64,000 nucleotides of DNA from Chiloscyllium plagiosum (lineage: Eukaryota), in assembly GCF_004010195.1 (NCBI RefSeq), contig NC_057718.1, positions 84,793,968 through 84,857,967 on the forward strand, read 5' to 3'. The notes beneath the pieces were generated by a model, which saw nothing but the letters and a program-made list of their open reading frames with translations, was not told the DNA's origin and did not search any database. The translations under genes were made by a program, and so were the position numbers. This document shows positions 11,401 through 24,529 of this stretch, one piece after another (position 1 is the stretch's first letter; each line of letters starts with the position of its first letter).

Positions 11401-13230
11401 AGCGTTTAAAATTTCATTTAAGGAAGTCATTTCCCTTTTCTTTCTAAAGAAAGGAAATGACACTTCTGGTAGTTATTAAATTTATGTATTTTAAATATTT
11501 TCAATTGTATTATTTCTGAGCTAAGCTCGCTTTGCGGATAGTAAGTACTTCCTGTGTCTTTTTTCATATTTCATCTATCTAGAGTTTTTGAACTGTTTTT
11601 GAATTGTTTTTTAATAATTGGATAATTATTTCTCCCTTCCTACTAAAAAGGGAACCAAATTATTCAGAAATCAATAGCTGTACTTATCATATGAAAATGG
11701 AGCTAACTTAGTAAAGAAACTTGAAAGGTTGTTGGGCATCCAATGCAAAAGGTGTGTCCATGGATCTTGTAAATTAGCCTGTCCATGTAAACAAGGATTT
11801 TGGTGGTCTTTCTCATGTTAGCTGATCTAATTTGGGACAGAATAGAACTATGATAACATAGAATACTGCAGCATAGAAAGATCTAACCAACTGGTTCTAC
11901 ACTTCCCCTTGCGCACTGAAAATCTTTCCTTTTCAACAACAAGGAAAGCTAGTACTGACATTTGGTATAGCTCTGCTTTGGTAAAGAGGTCAGCACGTTA
12001 GTTTTATTTCAGTTGGTGTTGAAATTTTGAGACTATGCTGATTATTTTTAGATAAAGATCCGATACAATGTGAGAGGAATACATTCTCTTACATAGATCA
12101 ATAGGTTTATTTAAAGCTATTTTTGAACCATTGCATCAAGGAATAGGAGAAATAAGATGATTTATTTTCAAATGGTTTAATCAATTCAATTTATATCTTG
12201 GGATTGCTGTAATTCATACAACTGCACTCCCACATTTGTCTGTTCCTCTTCTGACCCCTCATTGCCTCCTGCTCACTGTCCCACACCTTTACTCTTTGCA
12301 AGTGAGGGAGCAGGGTCGTGAGTGGGTAGGAGGCAATGTAGGTTTGGAAGCTAGGCAGCGAGCAGAGGGCTGAGTGTAAGTTTGCATGTACCAAAGGGCA
12401 GAAGGATGCCAACGTTCCTGACACACATCGATGACTGACAGTAGCTTTGACTTCCTGCCCTAATGTGGTGTCATGAGATGTAGTGTTTTTGCATTTGGGC
12501 ACACATGTGGATTGAGAGCTTGAAGGAGGGAGCAGAACAGAGTTAACTTGCAGAAATATTGTTTTTAACACTGCTTGTAAAGTGATATTTTCAGCAATCA
12601 GGAAGGATTTAAAACTGCTAGAAAGACTGTGTTCAAGAGGTGCCGAAACCAAGTGTCGCCAACACCACTTTTGTTGCTCTTAATTTTCATTGCAATCTGT
12701 TGCAGCTTCTTGCAGTTTCATTGTGTTCAGTCATTTTAGTTATGTGCTGTTTATTCATGCAATAAGTTGCAGTCGGTAAATTGCAAATAATGACCGGAGT
12801 AAGAGCAAAAGTAGGCTATCTAGCATCTGCTCTGGCCTTTAATACCTACTCTGATAATCCTTAACTCTACTTTCTTTTCCCATAATCATCAATTTTCCTC
12901 AATCTGAGTTCTGATGAAGGGACACTGGACTCGAAATATTAACTGTTTTTCTCTCTACATATGCTGCCAGACCTGCTGAGTTTCTCTCGCATTTAAATTT
13001 CTAGTATCCACAGTCCTTGGTGTTTATTTTAATACTCTCAATTCACTTACTGATTAAAAGTCTGTCTATCTCAGCCTTTAATATATTGATTGACCCACAC
13101 TCTCTATCCCTCTGTGATAAAGACTTTTACAGATTTCATGGCTTGTTTTTTTTTTTGACACTTTTTCATTGTATTCAATGTTCATATTGAAGCATTTGCA
13201 CTTCAACCTGACTTTGTTTGTTTGTTTGTT

Positions 13231-13239
13231 TCTCTCTCT

Positions 13240-13278
<39 letters not shown>

Positions 13279-13376
13279 TTTCTCTCCCTCTTTCTCTCCC
13301 TCTTTCTCTCCCTCTTTCTCTCCCTCTCTCTCGCTTTCTCTCGCTTTCTCTCTCTCTCTTTCTTTCTCTCTCTTTC
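13231..13376 (+). repeat. (CT)n microsatellite with 12-bp ctctttctctcc subrepeats
   Basis: Directly visible; accounts for the spurious low-complexity ORFs at 13078-13537. Confidence 0.95.
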
Positions 13377-13464
13377 TATACTTCACTGTTTCCTTTGTCT
13401 TTTGTACCATCAAACTGTTTTGCCACGTAATCTCTCCTATTTCCAGCCTTTTCTTTTGTTACAA

Positions 13465-13722
13465 GAAACAGAAATTACCGGAGAAACTTAGCAGATCTGG
13501 CAGTATCTGTAGAGAGAATGCAGAGTTAATCTTTTGAGTCCAGTGACACCCTTCCCTGTTCTTTCCATTTTCTCCCACCGCCAACACTATCCCTAACGCT
13601 TGATTAAAATCTACTGGATCTCTATCCTTTTCAAGTTGTGACCAACCCCATTGAATGTTAACTGTTTGTCTCCACAAATGCTGCCAGACCTGCTGAGTTC
13701 GTCCAGCATTTTCTTTTTTTAT
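13465..13722. mobile_element. Penelope-like family D fold-back element
   Basis: Arms gaaacttagcagatctggcagtatctgtagagaga / tctccacaaatgctgccagacctgctgagttc. Confidence 0.7.
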
Positions 13723-13789
13723 TTCCACTTTAAGCTGTGTCGTTTTCATGCAATATGCTTTATGGCAGATCAAGAAACACTGAATTGCT

Positions 13790-14150
13790 ACAGAATCTTA
13801 GAATCTTAGAATCATAGAATCCCTACAGTGCCGAAAGTGGCCATTTGGCCCCCTAAGTCTGCACTGACTCTCTGGAGAGCATCCAATCAAATCCAGCCCT
13901 CTACCTTATCCCAGTAACCCTGCATTTCCCATGGCTAACCCACCTAGCTGGCACATCTGTAGAAACTATGAGCAATTTGGCATGGCCAATCCACCAAAGC
14001 TGCACATCTTTGGACTATGGGAGGAAACTGGAGCACCTGATGGAAACCCAGGGAGAATGTGCTAACTCCACACAGACAGTCACCTAAGACTTGATTCGAA
14101 CCCGGGTCCCTGTCACTGTGAGGCAGCAATAGTATCCATTGTGTCTGCAC
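13790..14150 (-). mobile_element. HE1-related V-SINE (older subfamily)
   Basis: Reverse-complement V-domain and tRNA head; tail reads (tagaatc)n on +. Confidence 0.8.
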
Positions 14151-14665
14151 TAGCTCTCCAAATGATTAATCCACTTAATTTAATTATTCTGCCTTTTCCA
14201 TGTAACCCTGTGCATTCTTTGTTTTAAGATCTTATGGAAAGAGGAAAAAAAACATCTAACCACTTCACTTGCCATTCTTAGGCTAATTCATTATAGGATA
14301 ATATTGATATCAGAATATAGAAACAAAAATAGACATTGACCCCGCCTGACTATATTTTGGCATTCAGTTAAATCATGAATAATCTGTAAATCTACTTATG
14401 CTATTAAATTTATTAACCATGTCTAAATCCATTTACAGCCTTGGTTCTGTAGCACTGCGTGTCCATGCCCAAGCATAATCTATCAATATAATAGAACAAA
14501 GAACAGAAGATTTGATTGTGTTTGTGTTAAAAAAAATCTATCAGATCTTCAGTTTTCAAATTGTCATTTGAGCTAGCAGTAACCAACTTTCAGAGGGAAT
14601 ATGTTCTAGATTTCCAATGCCAGTTGTGCAAAGAAGTATTTTTTGAGATAAACCTTTAATGGCCT

Positions 14666-16697
14666 TAAGACCATAAGACATAGGAGTGGAAGTAAGGCCA
14701 TTCGGCCCATTGAATCCACTCTGCCATTCAATCATGGCTGATGGGCATTTCAATTCCACTTACCCGCATTCTCCCCGTAGCCCTTAATTCCTTGTGACAT
14801 CAAGAATTTATCAATCTCTGCCTTGAAGACATTTAGCGTCCCGGCCTCCACTGCACTCCGCGGCAATGAATTCCACAGGCTCACCACTCTCTGGCCGAAG
14901 AAATGTCTCCGCATTTCTGTTCTGAATTTACCCCCTCCAATTCTAAGGCTGTGTCCACGGGTTCTAGTCTCCTCGCCTAATGGAAACAATTTCCTAGGAT
15001 CTACCCTTTCCAAGCCAAGTATTATCTTGTAAGTTTCTATTAGATCTCCCCTTAATCTTCTAAACTCCAATGAATACAATCCCAGGATCCTCAGCCGTTC
15101 CTCGTATGTTAGACCTACCATTCCAGGGATCATCCGTGTGAATCTCTGCTGGACACGCTCCAGTGCCAGTATGTCCTTCCTGAGGTGTGGGGACCAAAAC
15201 CGGACACAGTACTCCAAATGGGGCCTAACCAGAGCTTTATAAAGTCTCAGTAGCACAACAGTGCTTTTATATTCCAACCCTCTTGAGATAATTGACAACA
15301 TTGCATTCGCTTTCTTAATCACGGACACAACCTGCATGTTTACCTTNNNNNNNNNNNNNNNNNNNNNNNNNNNNNNNNNNNNNNNNNNNNNNNNNNNNNN
15401 NNNNNNNNNNNNNNNNNNNNNNNNNNNNNNNNNNNNNNNNNNNNNNNNNNNNNNNNNNNNNNNNNNNNNNNNNNNNNNNNNNNNNNNNNNNNNNNNNNNN
15501 NNNNNNNNNNNNNNNNNNNNNNNNNNNNNNNNNNNNNNNNNNNNNNNNNNNNNNNNNNNNNNNNNNNNNNNNNNNNNNNNNNNNNNNNNNNNNNNNNNNN
15601 NNNNNNNNNNNNNNNNNNNNNNNNNNNNNNNNNNNNNNNNNNNNNNNNNNNNNNNNNNNNNNNNNNNNNNNNNNNNNNNNNNNNNNNNNNNNNNNNNNNN
15701 NNNNNNNNNNNNNNNNNNNNNNNNNNNNNNNNNNNNNNNNNNNNNNNNNNNNNNNNNNNNNNNNNNNNNNNNNNNNNNNNNNNNNNNNNNNNNNNNNNNN
15801 NNNNNNNNNNNNNNNNNNNNNNNNNNNNNNNNNNNNNNNNNNNNNNNNNNNNNNNNNNNNNNNNNNNNNNNNNNNNNNNNNNNNNNNNNNNNNNNNNNNN
15901 NNNNNNNNNNNNNNNNNNNNNNNNNNNNNNNNNNNNNNNNNNNNNNNNNNNNNNNNNNNNNNNNNNNNNNNNNNNNNNNNNNNNNNNNNNNNNNNNNNNN
16001 NNNNNNNNNNNNNNNNNNNNNNNNNNNNNNNNNNNNNNNNNNNNNNNNNNNNNNNNNNNNNNNNNNNNNNNNNNNNNNNNNNNNNNNNNNNNNNNNNNNN
16101 NNNNNNNNNNNNNNNNNNNNNNNNNNNNNNNNNNNNNNNNNNNNNNNNNNNNNNNNNNNNNNNNNNNNNNNNNNNNNNNNNNNNNNNNNNNNNNNNNNNN
16201 NNNNNNNNNNNNNNNNNNNNNNNNNNNNNNNNNNNNNNNNNNNNNNNNCCTTCATATTTGATCCTCTCCTTCCTTATTTCTCTCTTTGTTATCCTCTGTT
16301 TGTTTTTGTAGCCTTCCCAATCTTCTGATTTCCCAGTGCTCTTGGCCACTTTATAGGATCTCTCTTTTTCTTTAATACATTTCCTGACTTCCTTTGTCAG
16401 CCATGGCTGTCTAATCCCTCCCCGGATAATCTTTCTTTTCTTGGGGATGAACCTCTGTACAGTGTCCTCAATTATATCCACAAACTCCTGCTATTTTTGC
16501 TCTACTGTCTTCCCTGCTAGGCTCTGCTTCCAGTCTATTTTCATCAGTTCCTCTCTCATGCTCTCATAATTACCTTTATTTAACTGTAACACTATTACAT
16601 CCGATTTTGCCTTCTCTATTTAACTGTAACACCATTACATCTGATTTTACCTTCTCTTATTTAACTGTAACACCATTACATCTGATTTTGCCTTCTC
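14666..16697 (-). mobile_element. Young CR1-like LINE, 5'-truncated, spanning assembly gap 15347-16248
   Basis: Open frame LYKALVRPHLEYCVRFWSPHLRKDILALERVQQRFTRMIPG...; upstream part QPWLTKEVRKCIKEK. Confidence 0.92.
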
Positions 16698-17607
16698 CTT
16701 GTTCCGAGTGTCCAGAAGAGATATATTTCCCGTTATCAACCCTGACACATCTTCCTATCATCCTAAACACCTTTCTTAAGCCACCCCTGAAATTTCTATA
16801 TTCCTGGGAATACAAATCTTGACAACTTGTCCTCACATTAAATTATTTTAACCTCTGTATTTCTCTGCATGACCTGAACTCACTGTCTTGACTGGAATGC
16901 AGTCATGTACAAATATCCTTCCCAGTCTGCCATAGTCATGTGACCTCTACCATGAAGAACTCAAGCCATAACAGACATGCATTCATTTCAATACACTTCA
17001 TATTGAACACAGTCTTGTGTTGCACACAGAAAACATGGTATCAGGACTGACACTGAGGTGAGTGTTGCATAGCTACCAATAGAGAGATCCAGCCTTTTGC
17101 ACAGGTGTGCACTGCCACTAAAATAAATAAAAAGTTAAGAACAAGGAAGCTAGCCACAATTAATCACTGGTTATGAGAAAATGGCTGCAGCTTTTCCCTC
17201 ATCAGTTCCTGTTCCAATGACTGATTTATACAAAAATGGATTTATGAAATAGCAACACATTTGTTGATCAAGACAGAACAATTATGAGTTATTGTATTCT
17301 TATCATTCCTGGATAGAGACTGGTTCAAAGTATCTTAGGTCTCTCTGAAGAAAAGAAAAAAAATCAGAAAATTTAGAAGTTTTGAAGTTGAGCTTTGAGC
17401 CCCAATTAAAAATTATGTACGGACAGTGCATTTCAATATTAGGGACCAATGTGAAAAAGAATTCATTAATCAATATGTAACAATATCAACTCAACTTGCA
17501 GAATCTATGAATTTGTGAAATGAAAAGATGATCTAATTAAGACAGGATTGTTTTAGGCTGGGTGACACCACCAAGAGGATGGATTACTCTGTGGGAATGA
17601 TTAACAT

Positions 17608-17931
17608 GGGCGGCACGGTGGCACAGCGGTTAGCACTGTTGCCTCGCAGCGCCAGAGACCCGGGTTCAATTCCCGCCTCAGGCGACTGACTGTGTGGAGT
17701 TTGCACGTTCTCCCCGTGTCTGCGTGGGTTTCCTCCAGGTGCTCCGGTTTCCTCCCACAATCCAAAGATGTGCAGGTCAGGTGAATTGACCATGCTAAAT
17801 TGCCCCTAGTGTTAGGTAAGGGGCAAATGTGGGGGTATGGGTGGGTTGCGCTTCGGCGGGTCGGTGTGGACTTGTTGGGCCGAAGGGCCTGTTTCCACAC
17901 TGTAATGTAATGTAATCTAATCTAATCTAAT
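17608..17931 (+). mobile_element. HE1-like V-SINE, full length, CpG-retaining (young)
   Basis: Intact A/B boxes, V-domain and (aatct)n tail. Confidence 0.93.
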
Positions 17932-18258
17932 ATGAACAATGATCTGGAGTTTCAGATCACAGAGGGCAAGTAAAGTGCCACTCTTCTCAGCCAGGATAAG
18001 CCTAAAGCTTGAACTGATAACACTCAACATGCTAAAAGAGTGTAGAGTGTTGAAGCACACTAAACCACTGATCGTGGAACAGATCATAGAGTAATAAGAT
18101 GACGTGTTCAGAGGGTTATGATGTCTTTTAGGAGAGTGTAATCTTGAAATAGATGTGAACACAAGATGCGATCAGAATTTGCTAAGGAAAGTTCCAGCTG
18201 TCCTTGAGACCAGGCTGAAAGGCAAGGAAACTGGAATAGACAGGAGTAATCCAGCAAG

Positions 18259-18458
18259 TAGGCAAAAGTGAGGACTGCAGATGCTGGAAATCAGAATCTA
18301 GATTAGAGTGGTGCTGGAAAAGCTCAGCAGGTCAGGCAGCATCCAAGGAGCAGGAAAACCGACGTTTCCTGATGAAGGGCTTTTGCCTGAAATGGTGGTT
18401 TTCCTGCTCCTCGGATGCTGCCTGACCTGCTGTGCTTTTCCAGCACCACTCTGACCTA
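18259..18458. mobile_element. Penelope-like family A fold-back mini-element
   Basis: 56-bp inverted arms 18305-18360 / 18397-18452 enclosing ctgatgaagggcttttgcctgaaa. Confidence 0.85.
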
Positions 18459-20308
18459 GTAACAACTCCTATGGATTATCACCGTGGTAACAGTGAGACA
18501 ACCCGTAGAGAAATTGAGCACGTCTCACACAAACAAGGCAATCCTTGAATGGAGAATGTCACCTACTGAAGGAATGGAAAGTAATCCAGTGCAAAAGACC
18601 AATGTCATTGTGTGCCTAAACTATGCTATCAATAGCAAAAAAGCAACTGAAGCCAGAGGTAATATCAGACATGAGTGAGCAAAATCAAGATGAATTGGTA
18701 GAAAGCCAAATTTCATTTTGATAAGTGTGAACCAGTCAGGATACAAATACCTAACAACCTCAACAAAAGCCATCCTAATTGGCAATTTCGGACTAGTATG
18801 GAGCAGTTTTCAAGTCGACTCGGTGAAAGTGCATGACCTTGTATACCGTTATAACTGTAGTCACCTTCACCCAACTGCAAAGACTGTGCCTCCTGTACAG
18901 GCGGCTGATCAGGAAGAGTGAATGCAACACTTGCTCAGAATGCAGAGCAGCACAGCAACCCGTCAACAAAAATGGAACAACAATGGGCCCAACAGTGATA
19001 GCAAATCACACAGGAATGATACTCCCCAGGAAAAAAACATCACCCAGATGATTAGCCAGTGATGATAATCTGTACATGTACCATTTAAGACACCAGCAGG
19101 ACTCTAGGACAAAATTCTCTTGAATTTTTTCTCAGTCCGAAAACAGAAGTCAGTGTATCAGCACATCATTCGGTGGAACTTTGGAGTGGCTGTGTTGCCA
19201 CACAGCTTAAAGGGAACATTATTAAAGGACAATCTGTTTAATCCATCTGCAGAGACTGATGGGAATAGGAAATTGCTAATGCATGAGTACAGGTCTGCGT
19301 ACAGTTGGTCATGTGGGAAAAGAAACATTAAATGATGTATGCAATTTTGTTCTTTGCTTTTTACATTAAAAAATGGATGTTTGGATTGGAATTTGTTGGT
19401 GCAAGTATCCTTCCTCGTCTGCTCTATGTTAGTTGTGATTTCTACCATGAGGCTCCATGCTTTAGATAGCGAATTTAAATTCATTTCAGTAATGTGTTGA
19501 ACATGTGTATCGTTGTTTTGTACACATGATACATATACCTCTTCAAGTCCCCCATATCCTTCCTGAGGACCTGGGGTCAGAAATAAACATGATGTTTTGG
19601 ATGTGGATAGGTTTTTGTAATTGCAGTATAATCGGTAATGCTTTACATGAGTCAGAGGACTTAATGATGTTCTATTAGGTGAGTAATTCTGCTTTGTGCT
19701 GATAATGCAAGGGGCAAGTGAAAAAGAGCACTCCCTGTGCCTCAAATATATGTAAATATAATCTTGTACAAGGAAGACACGCCTTTGGTTTGTTTGTCGG
19801 GACAGAGTTTATTTGTTTGTTCCTTCGTATGCTACTGCATAGAACTAAACAACTTCGTGACAATGTATGTTTATAAAGATATTTTTATGATATAAAGTAT
19901 ATTTTTGAAATAAAAAGACAACTGAACCAAAATGTACTACTTTCTGTTAAATGTCACACATTTGTGTTTATTTGAAGAGACCATATAGAAATTGAGCAGT
20001 TTGTAGTGAGAGCAACGATTGGATACTTCTGATAAACCAATCCAGTGTGTTGTCCTGGTCAAATATATTTGGCCCATCATACTGGTGCTGAATCTTTAAA
20101 ACATCTAACCAATTAATCTCATCTCACCCTTTTCTCCGTAACTCTGCAATTTTTTTTCTTTTCAAACATGTATCCAATTTATTTTGAAAGTTACTGTTAA
20201 ACGCAGCAAGTTCAGTCCAGATCATTGACCCACTATAGATTTTTTTAAAAAAAAGTTAAATTCTCATTATCGCTCAAGTACTTTACTGTTAATCTTAAAT
20301 CTGTATTC

Positions 20309-23205
20309 GAGGTTGTGGATATATTCGTCGAGCTGGGAAGTTGATTTGCAGACGTTTCAACCCCAGTAAGCAACATCTTCAGTGCTTGGAGCTTCCTGTG
20401 AAGTGCTCCTGTACTGTCTATTCTGAAATTTATTTGGTTCCATTTTGCTGGTTCCAGTTGTTCATTGTAGTGGCAGGTATATTGGGCTTAGGTTTATGTG
20501 CTTGTTGATGGAGTCTGTAGCTGAGTCCCATGTTTCTAGAAATTCTGTGGCTGTCTTATGTTTAGGTTGTCGTATGATCGTTGTGTTCTCCCAGGTGAAT
20601 TTGTGGTCTTTGTCATCTGTGTGTATGGCTACTGAGGACAGCTGGTTTGGGTGGTTGCTGTTCTGGTTCAGGACCTGGTCGATGTGTAGTTTTCCTGTAC
20701 GCTTTTATTGTGCATTGACCATTCTGTATTCTTTGTAACATCTCATTCAGGAATGGGAGTTGATTGTTGATTTCCTCCTGTCATAAATCTGATCCCTGTG
20801 AGTATGGTGGTGATAATCCGGTGTGGGTGCTCGATATCTGTCCTCTTATTGATAGCAAAAGTGTGTGTTGGGGTGAGTGTGTTGAGGTGAGTGTGTGGAT
20901 TTGTGGTAGGGCTGTTTGTTCTAATCTTTGCATTACTGCTTCTGCTATGAGCCCAGAGATGGGTGAGCCCATAGGTATTCCACTTATCTGTTCATATATG
21001 TAGCTATTGAATGTGAAGCGTGTCGTCAAGCACAGGTCTGGTAGTTAGAGTATGCAGTCCTTGTTGATAGGTTCCCCGGCATGTTGTCTGTTCTGTTTGT
21101 CCAGGAGTTTGGCTGTTGTCTTTGTGGCCAGGGTTTTAATCAATTGAGGTTAGTAGTGCTGTTACATGGAATGACACCATTGCTTCGTCCTTGTCTATGT
21201 TTATGTTCTTGATGTTTTCTAGGAATTCCTGTGATGATTGTATGGTTTGCTTGGACTGCTAATAAGATGTTTTAGTTTTTGTTGGCGTTCTTCTGCCAGT
21301 TTGTGCGATTATGTTGCCTGGGGTTGCCGCAATGGGTCTAAGTGGTATGTCTAGTTTGTGTACTTGGGGTAATCTGAAAATCTTGGGGTGTTATTACTTT
21401 CTGGTTTCATACTTTGTAGGTTAATCCAGGTTATTAGTCCGTTTTTTTTTGTAGGTTCCATAGTGTGTTGTTTATTCTGTTGGTGAGCTGTGGCGTGGGG
21501 CCACACTCCCTCTGTAGGTAGGTGTCAGTATCTGCAAGTAGTCTCTCCGCTTTCTGAATATATTTGGTCTTGTCCATGATAACAGTCATTCTGCCCTTGT
21601 GCACTGGTACTATGATTATGTTCTTGTCATTTTTGAGTGTTTTTAGGGCTTCTCTCTTTGTTGTTGAGGTTGTTCATTAGTCTTTATTAGTAAGGGTACA
21701 ATGGTTTGTCTGACTGCTTGCTATGTCACTTCGGTTAGTCTGTTAGTTCTGAGCATACATTCTAGTGCAGCCAGTAAGTCTGTTGATTTTGCATCCCTAT
21801 GGTTGAGGTTGAGTCCCTTGGCTAGTACCGCCTTTTCTATATCTGTGAGCTGTTAGTTGGAGAGGTTGCTATGTCCTGTTGTCTGGTAGTACCATTTTCC
21901 TTCTGTATGTGGTTCTGCTCTGTCTTATGGTAATTGCCACAGTCCATTCCTAATTTGTTTTTGAAATTTACAATTTTTGGCATGCAATTTCTTGTCTGTA
22001 CTGGTGTAGTCTGTTGAGACCATCCTGACATGGTTTTGTCTGACTTGTTTGTTTCTGTGGCTTGTGGGTTGTTGATCGGTGGTCTCCATCTAATCTGACA
22101 CACGTTTGTAGAATTTGATTCCTTCAGCATCCATATAGGAATCAGAGTTGTTCATAGGTAGTGCTTAGGCAGTTGGCACAGGAGCACACATCGGATTACC
22201 AACACCATACTCACTGGGATCAGATTTAAGAGTGAGGAGAACATCAACAATCAACTCCCATTCCTGGATGTGATGTTACAAAGAACACAGAATGGTGAGT
22301 GAACCACAAAAGTGTGCTGTAAAGGACCAGGTCCTGAACTACAACAGCAACCACCCAAACACACACACAAGGGAAGCTGCATTAGGATTGTGTTCAAAAG
22401 GACTACAACACACTGCAGTACTCCTGACCTATGAAGGGAAGAAGGAGATCACCTCTACAGAATATTCGCCAAGAACGGATATCCCCATAACTTCATCCAT
22501 AGATGCCTAATAGACAAACAACGTGACGAGGACATGCCATGACCTAATTCACTAGCCACAGTACCTTACATTGAATAAAAGTCTCGGAACTGACAGCCAG
22601 ATTACTCCGCCCACTTGGGTTCATGATAGCCCATAAACCGACAGCCAGGCACAGACCCAGCTCACCAGGACAAAAGACCCTACACCCATCATGTGCAAGA
22701 CTAAAGTAATTTACATGATTCCATTCAGACACTGCACAAAACACTATATAGAATAAATAGGCAGACAACTAGCAATCTGCATCCACGGGCACCAACTAGC
22801 CACTAACCGCCACAACAGCTGTCCCTAGTAGCCATACACACAGATGACAAAGACCACAAATTCACCTGGGACAACACAATGATCATAGGCCAACCTAAAC
22901 ATAGGACAGCCAGAGAATTTCTAGAAGCATGGCACTCAGCCACTCCATCAACAAGTTCATTGACCGAGGCCCAATATACCGGCCATTACAACGACCAATT
23001 GGAACTGGCAACTAGAAGCAGCAGAAACTGAACCAAATAAATTCCAGAAGAGAGAATGCAGCAGTGCCTCACAGGAGGCTCCAAAGCACTGAAGATGTCA
23101 CCTAGACAGGGAACGAAACGTCTGCAAATCAACCCTCCCAGCTCGGCGAACATACCCACAAGCACAACAACCGGAACCCGAGCTGCAACTCTTTACACAA
23201 GCCTT
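20309..23205. mobile_element. Penelope-like family C element, inverted (diverging) structure: minus arm with RT 20309-~22140, plus arm ~22185-23205 with RT C-terminus and GIY-YIG; degenerate
   Basis: FTFNSYIYEQISGIPMGSPISGLIAEAVMQRLEQ (PLE RT); QLPFLDV; VIYMIP..CTKHYI...RQLAICIHGH (GIY-YIG); hammerhead cores at 20348-20385 (-) and 23086-23125 (+). Confidence 0.9.
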
Positions 23206-23529
23206 GAATTATCAACTGTCCAGACTGTTTGTTTCTTATTTACTGCAGTAATAAACATTGCACAATTTTGAACATATCTATGAAATCTCCCTTTTACCAC
23301 CTCAGTTTTATGGGTATGCACCTATTTTAAATGCATTATTCTACAAAAGTGTAATTCATATTCTGATGTAGGAATCTTTGCATATGTGCTTTTTCTACCT
23401 CCCCCACCCCCCCCCCCCCCCCCCCCACCAAAAAAAAAAATTCATTGATCCATTCATTTAATGGTGTAGGTTATGGAAGCAAATTTGCAGCATTCACTGT
23501 TTAAAATGCTAATTGTTCCTTTTTGACAG

Positions 23530-23666
23530 ACATTAGACTTTGATGTGGAACAGAAGGTGAACCTTGCACACCTAACCAAAGCACTTGACAATGAGTTATT
23601 GACCAGCAAAAATGGAATTCATCAAGCCGCATTCTCCTGTTACAGAAATGAAATAAATGGCCTTCA
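23530..23666 (+). CDS. NINL: Ninein-like protein, exon C; phase 0/2
   Basis: ttttttgacag|ACA...CA|gtaagt; 137 bp; TLDFDVEQKVNLAHLTKALDNELLTSKNGIHQAAFSCYRNEINGL(Q). Confidence 0.93.
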
Positions 23667-23739
23667 GTAAGTGCGTTCCTTTTAATGTCCTTTTAAGTCA
23701 TAATTATTTTCCGTTTTGATGAGTGTCATCCATGGCTAA

Positions 23740-24140
23740 TCAGTGGCTGATGGTGGAACACTTGCTTCAAAATCAGAAGGTCAGAGTTCAAGCCAAAGAC
23801 TTGAGCACTAAGGGCTGATGTTCCAGTGTAGTACAGAAGGAATGCTGCATTTTCCAAGGTACTGTCTTTCAGCTGGGATATTAAACAGGGATGGCTGCTT
23901 CTTGGGTAGATGTAAAAGATTCGAAAACTGTATTTTGAAGAACAGCAGAGTTCTCCTTGGTGTCCTGGCCAATGTTTATTCCTCAGCCACATTATTAAAA
24001 CTAATTGACTAACATTATTTATCTATGCACACTGGCATTTTTACAACAGTGATTACCTTAAAAAATGTACGTAATTGGCTGTATAGTGGTTTGGGACAGT
24101 CTAAGGTTGTGGAAAACAAAAAGTAAATGGAGCTTTTTTC
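23740..24140 (+). mobile_element. Deu-domain tRNA-derived SINE (SacSINE1-like)
   Basis: tRNA-like head (gagttcaagcc) and core gatgtaaaagattcg...gagttctccttggtgtcctggccaatgtttattcctcagcc. Confidence 0.7.
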
Positions 24141-24529
24141 CTTCTTAGTTCTGAAAATGTTAAACTCTTCTGTATCCCTATATAACATTAAGCACCTCCT
24201 AGCTTAAATGCTGCAGTTTCAAACAACCTGTGAACTGGAAGTCATGGCACTTAAAGATTTAAATAATTTAACTCTCCTTTTAAAGTCAGGTTCCAGCATC
24301 TGCAGTCATTGTTTTTACTTCTTCAGTTAAAAATCCCTATCTTGCTGATCCATCTGCCATCTGGTGACTGTTGAAGGTATTGCTATATGGTTGTAAAAAT
24401 TTTGTTTTGCACACTCCATTGTTTTGTTGGGAATACATGTGGATTAAGATGTTGACTTTCACTGTGAATAGACAAACTATCTAGAAACCATTAGAACTAA
24501 CACTGTGTAAAAATATAAATAGCTTCTAA

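Noticed and set aside
13078..13537. ORFs rich in ER/EK or SL repeats
   Set aside because: Translations of a (CT)n microsatellite
14750..16481. 355-501 aa ORFs
   Set aside because: Length is an artefact of the N gap; the real parts are CR1 ORF2
16577..16697. CRISPR-like repeat array
   Set aside because: No spacers, eukaryotic context, and the unit is LINE sequence
19158..19745. 195-aa minus-strand ORF
   Set aside because: No recognisable homology or exon structure; AT-rich chance ORF
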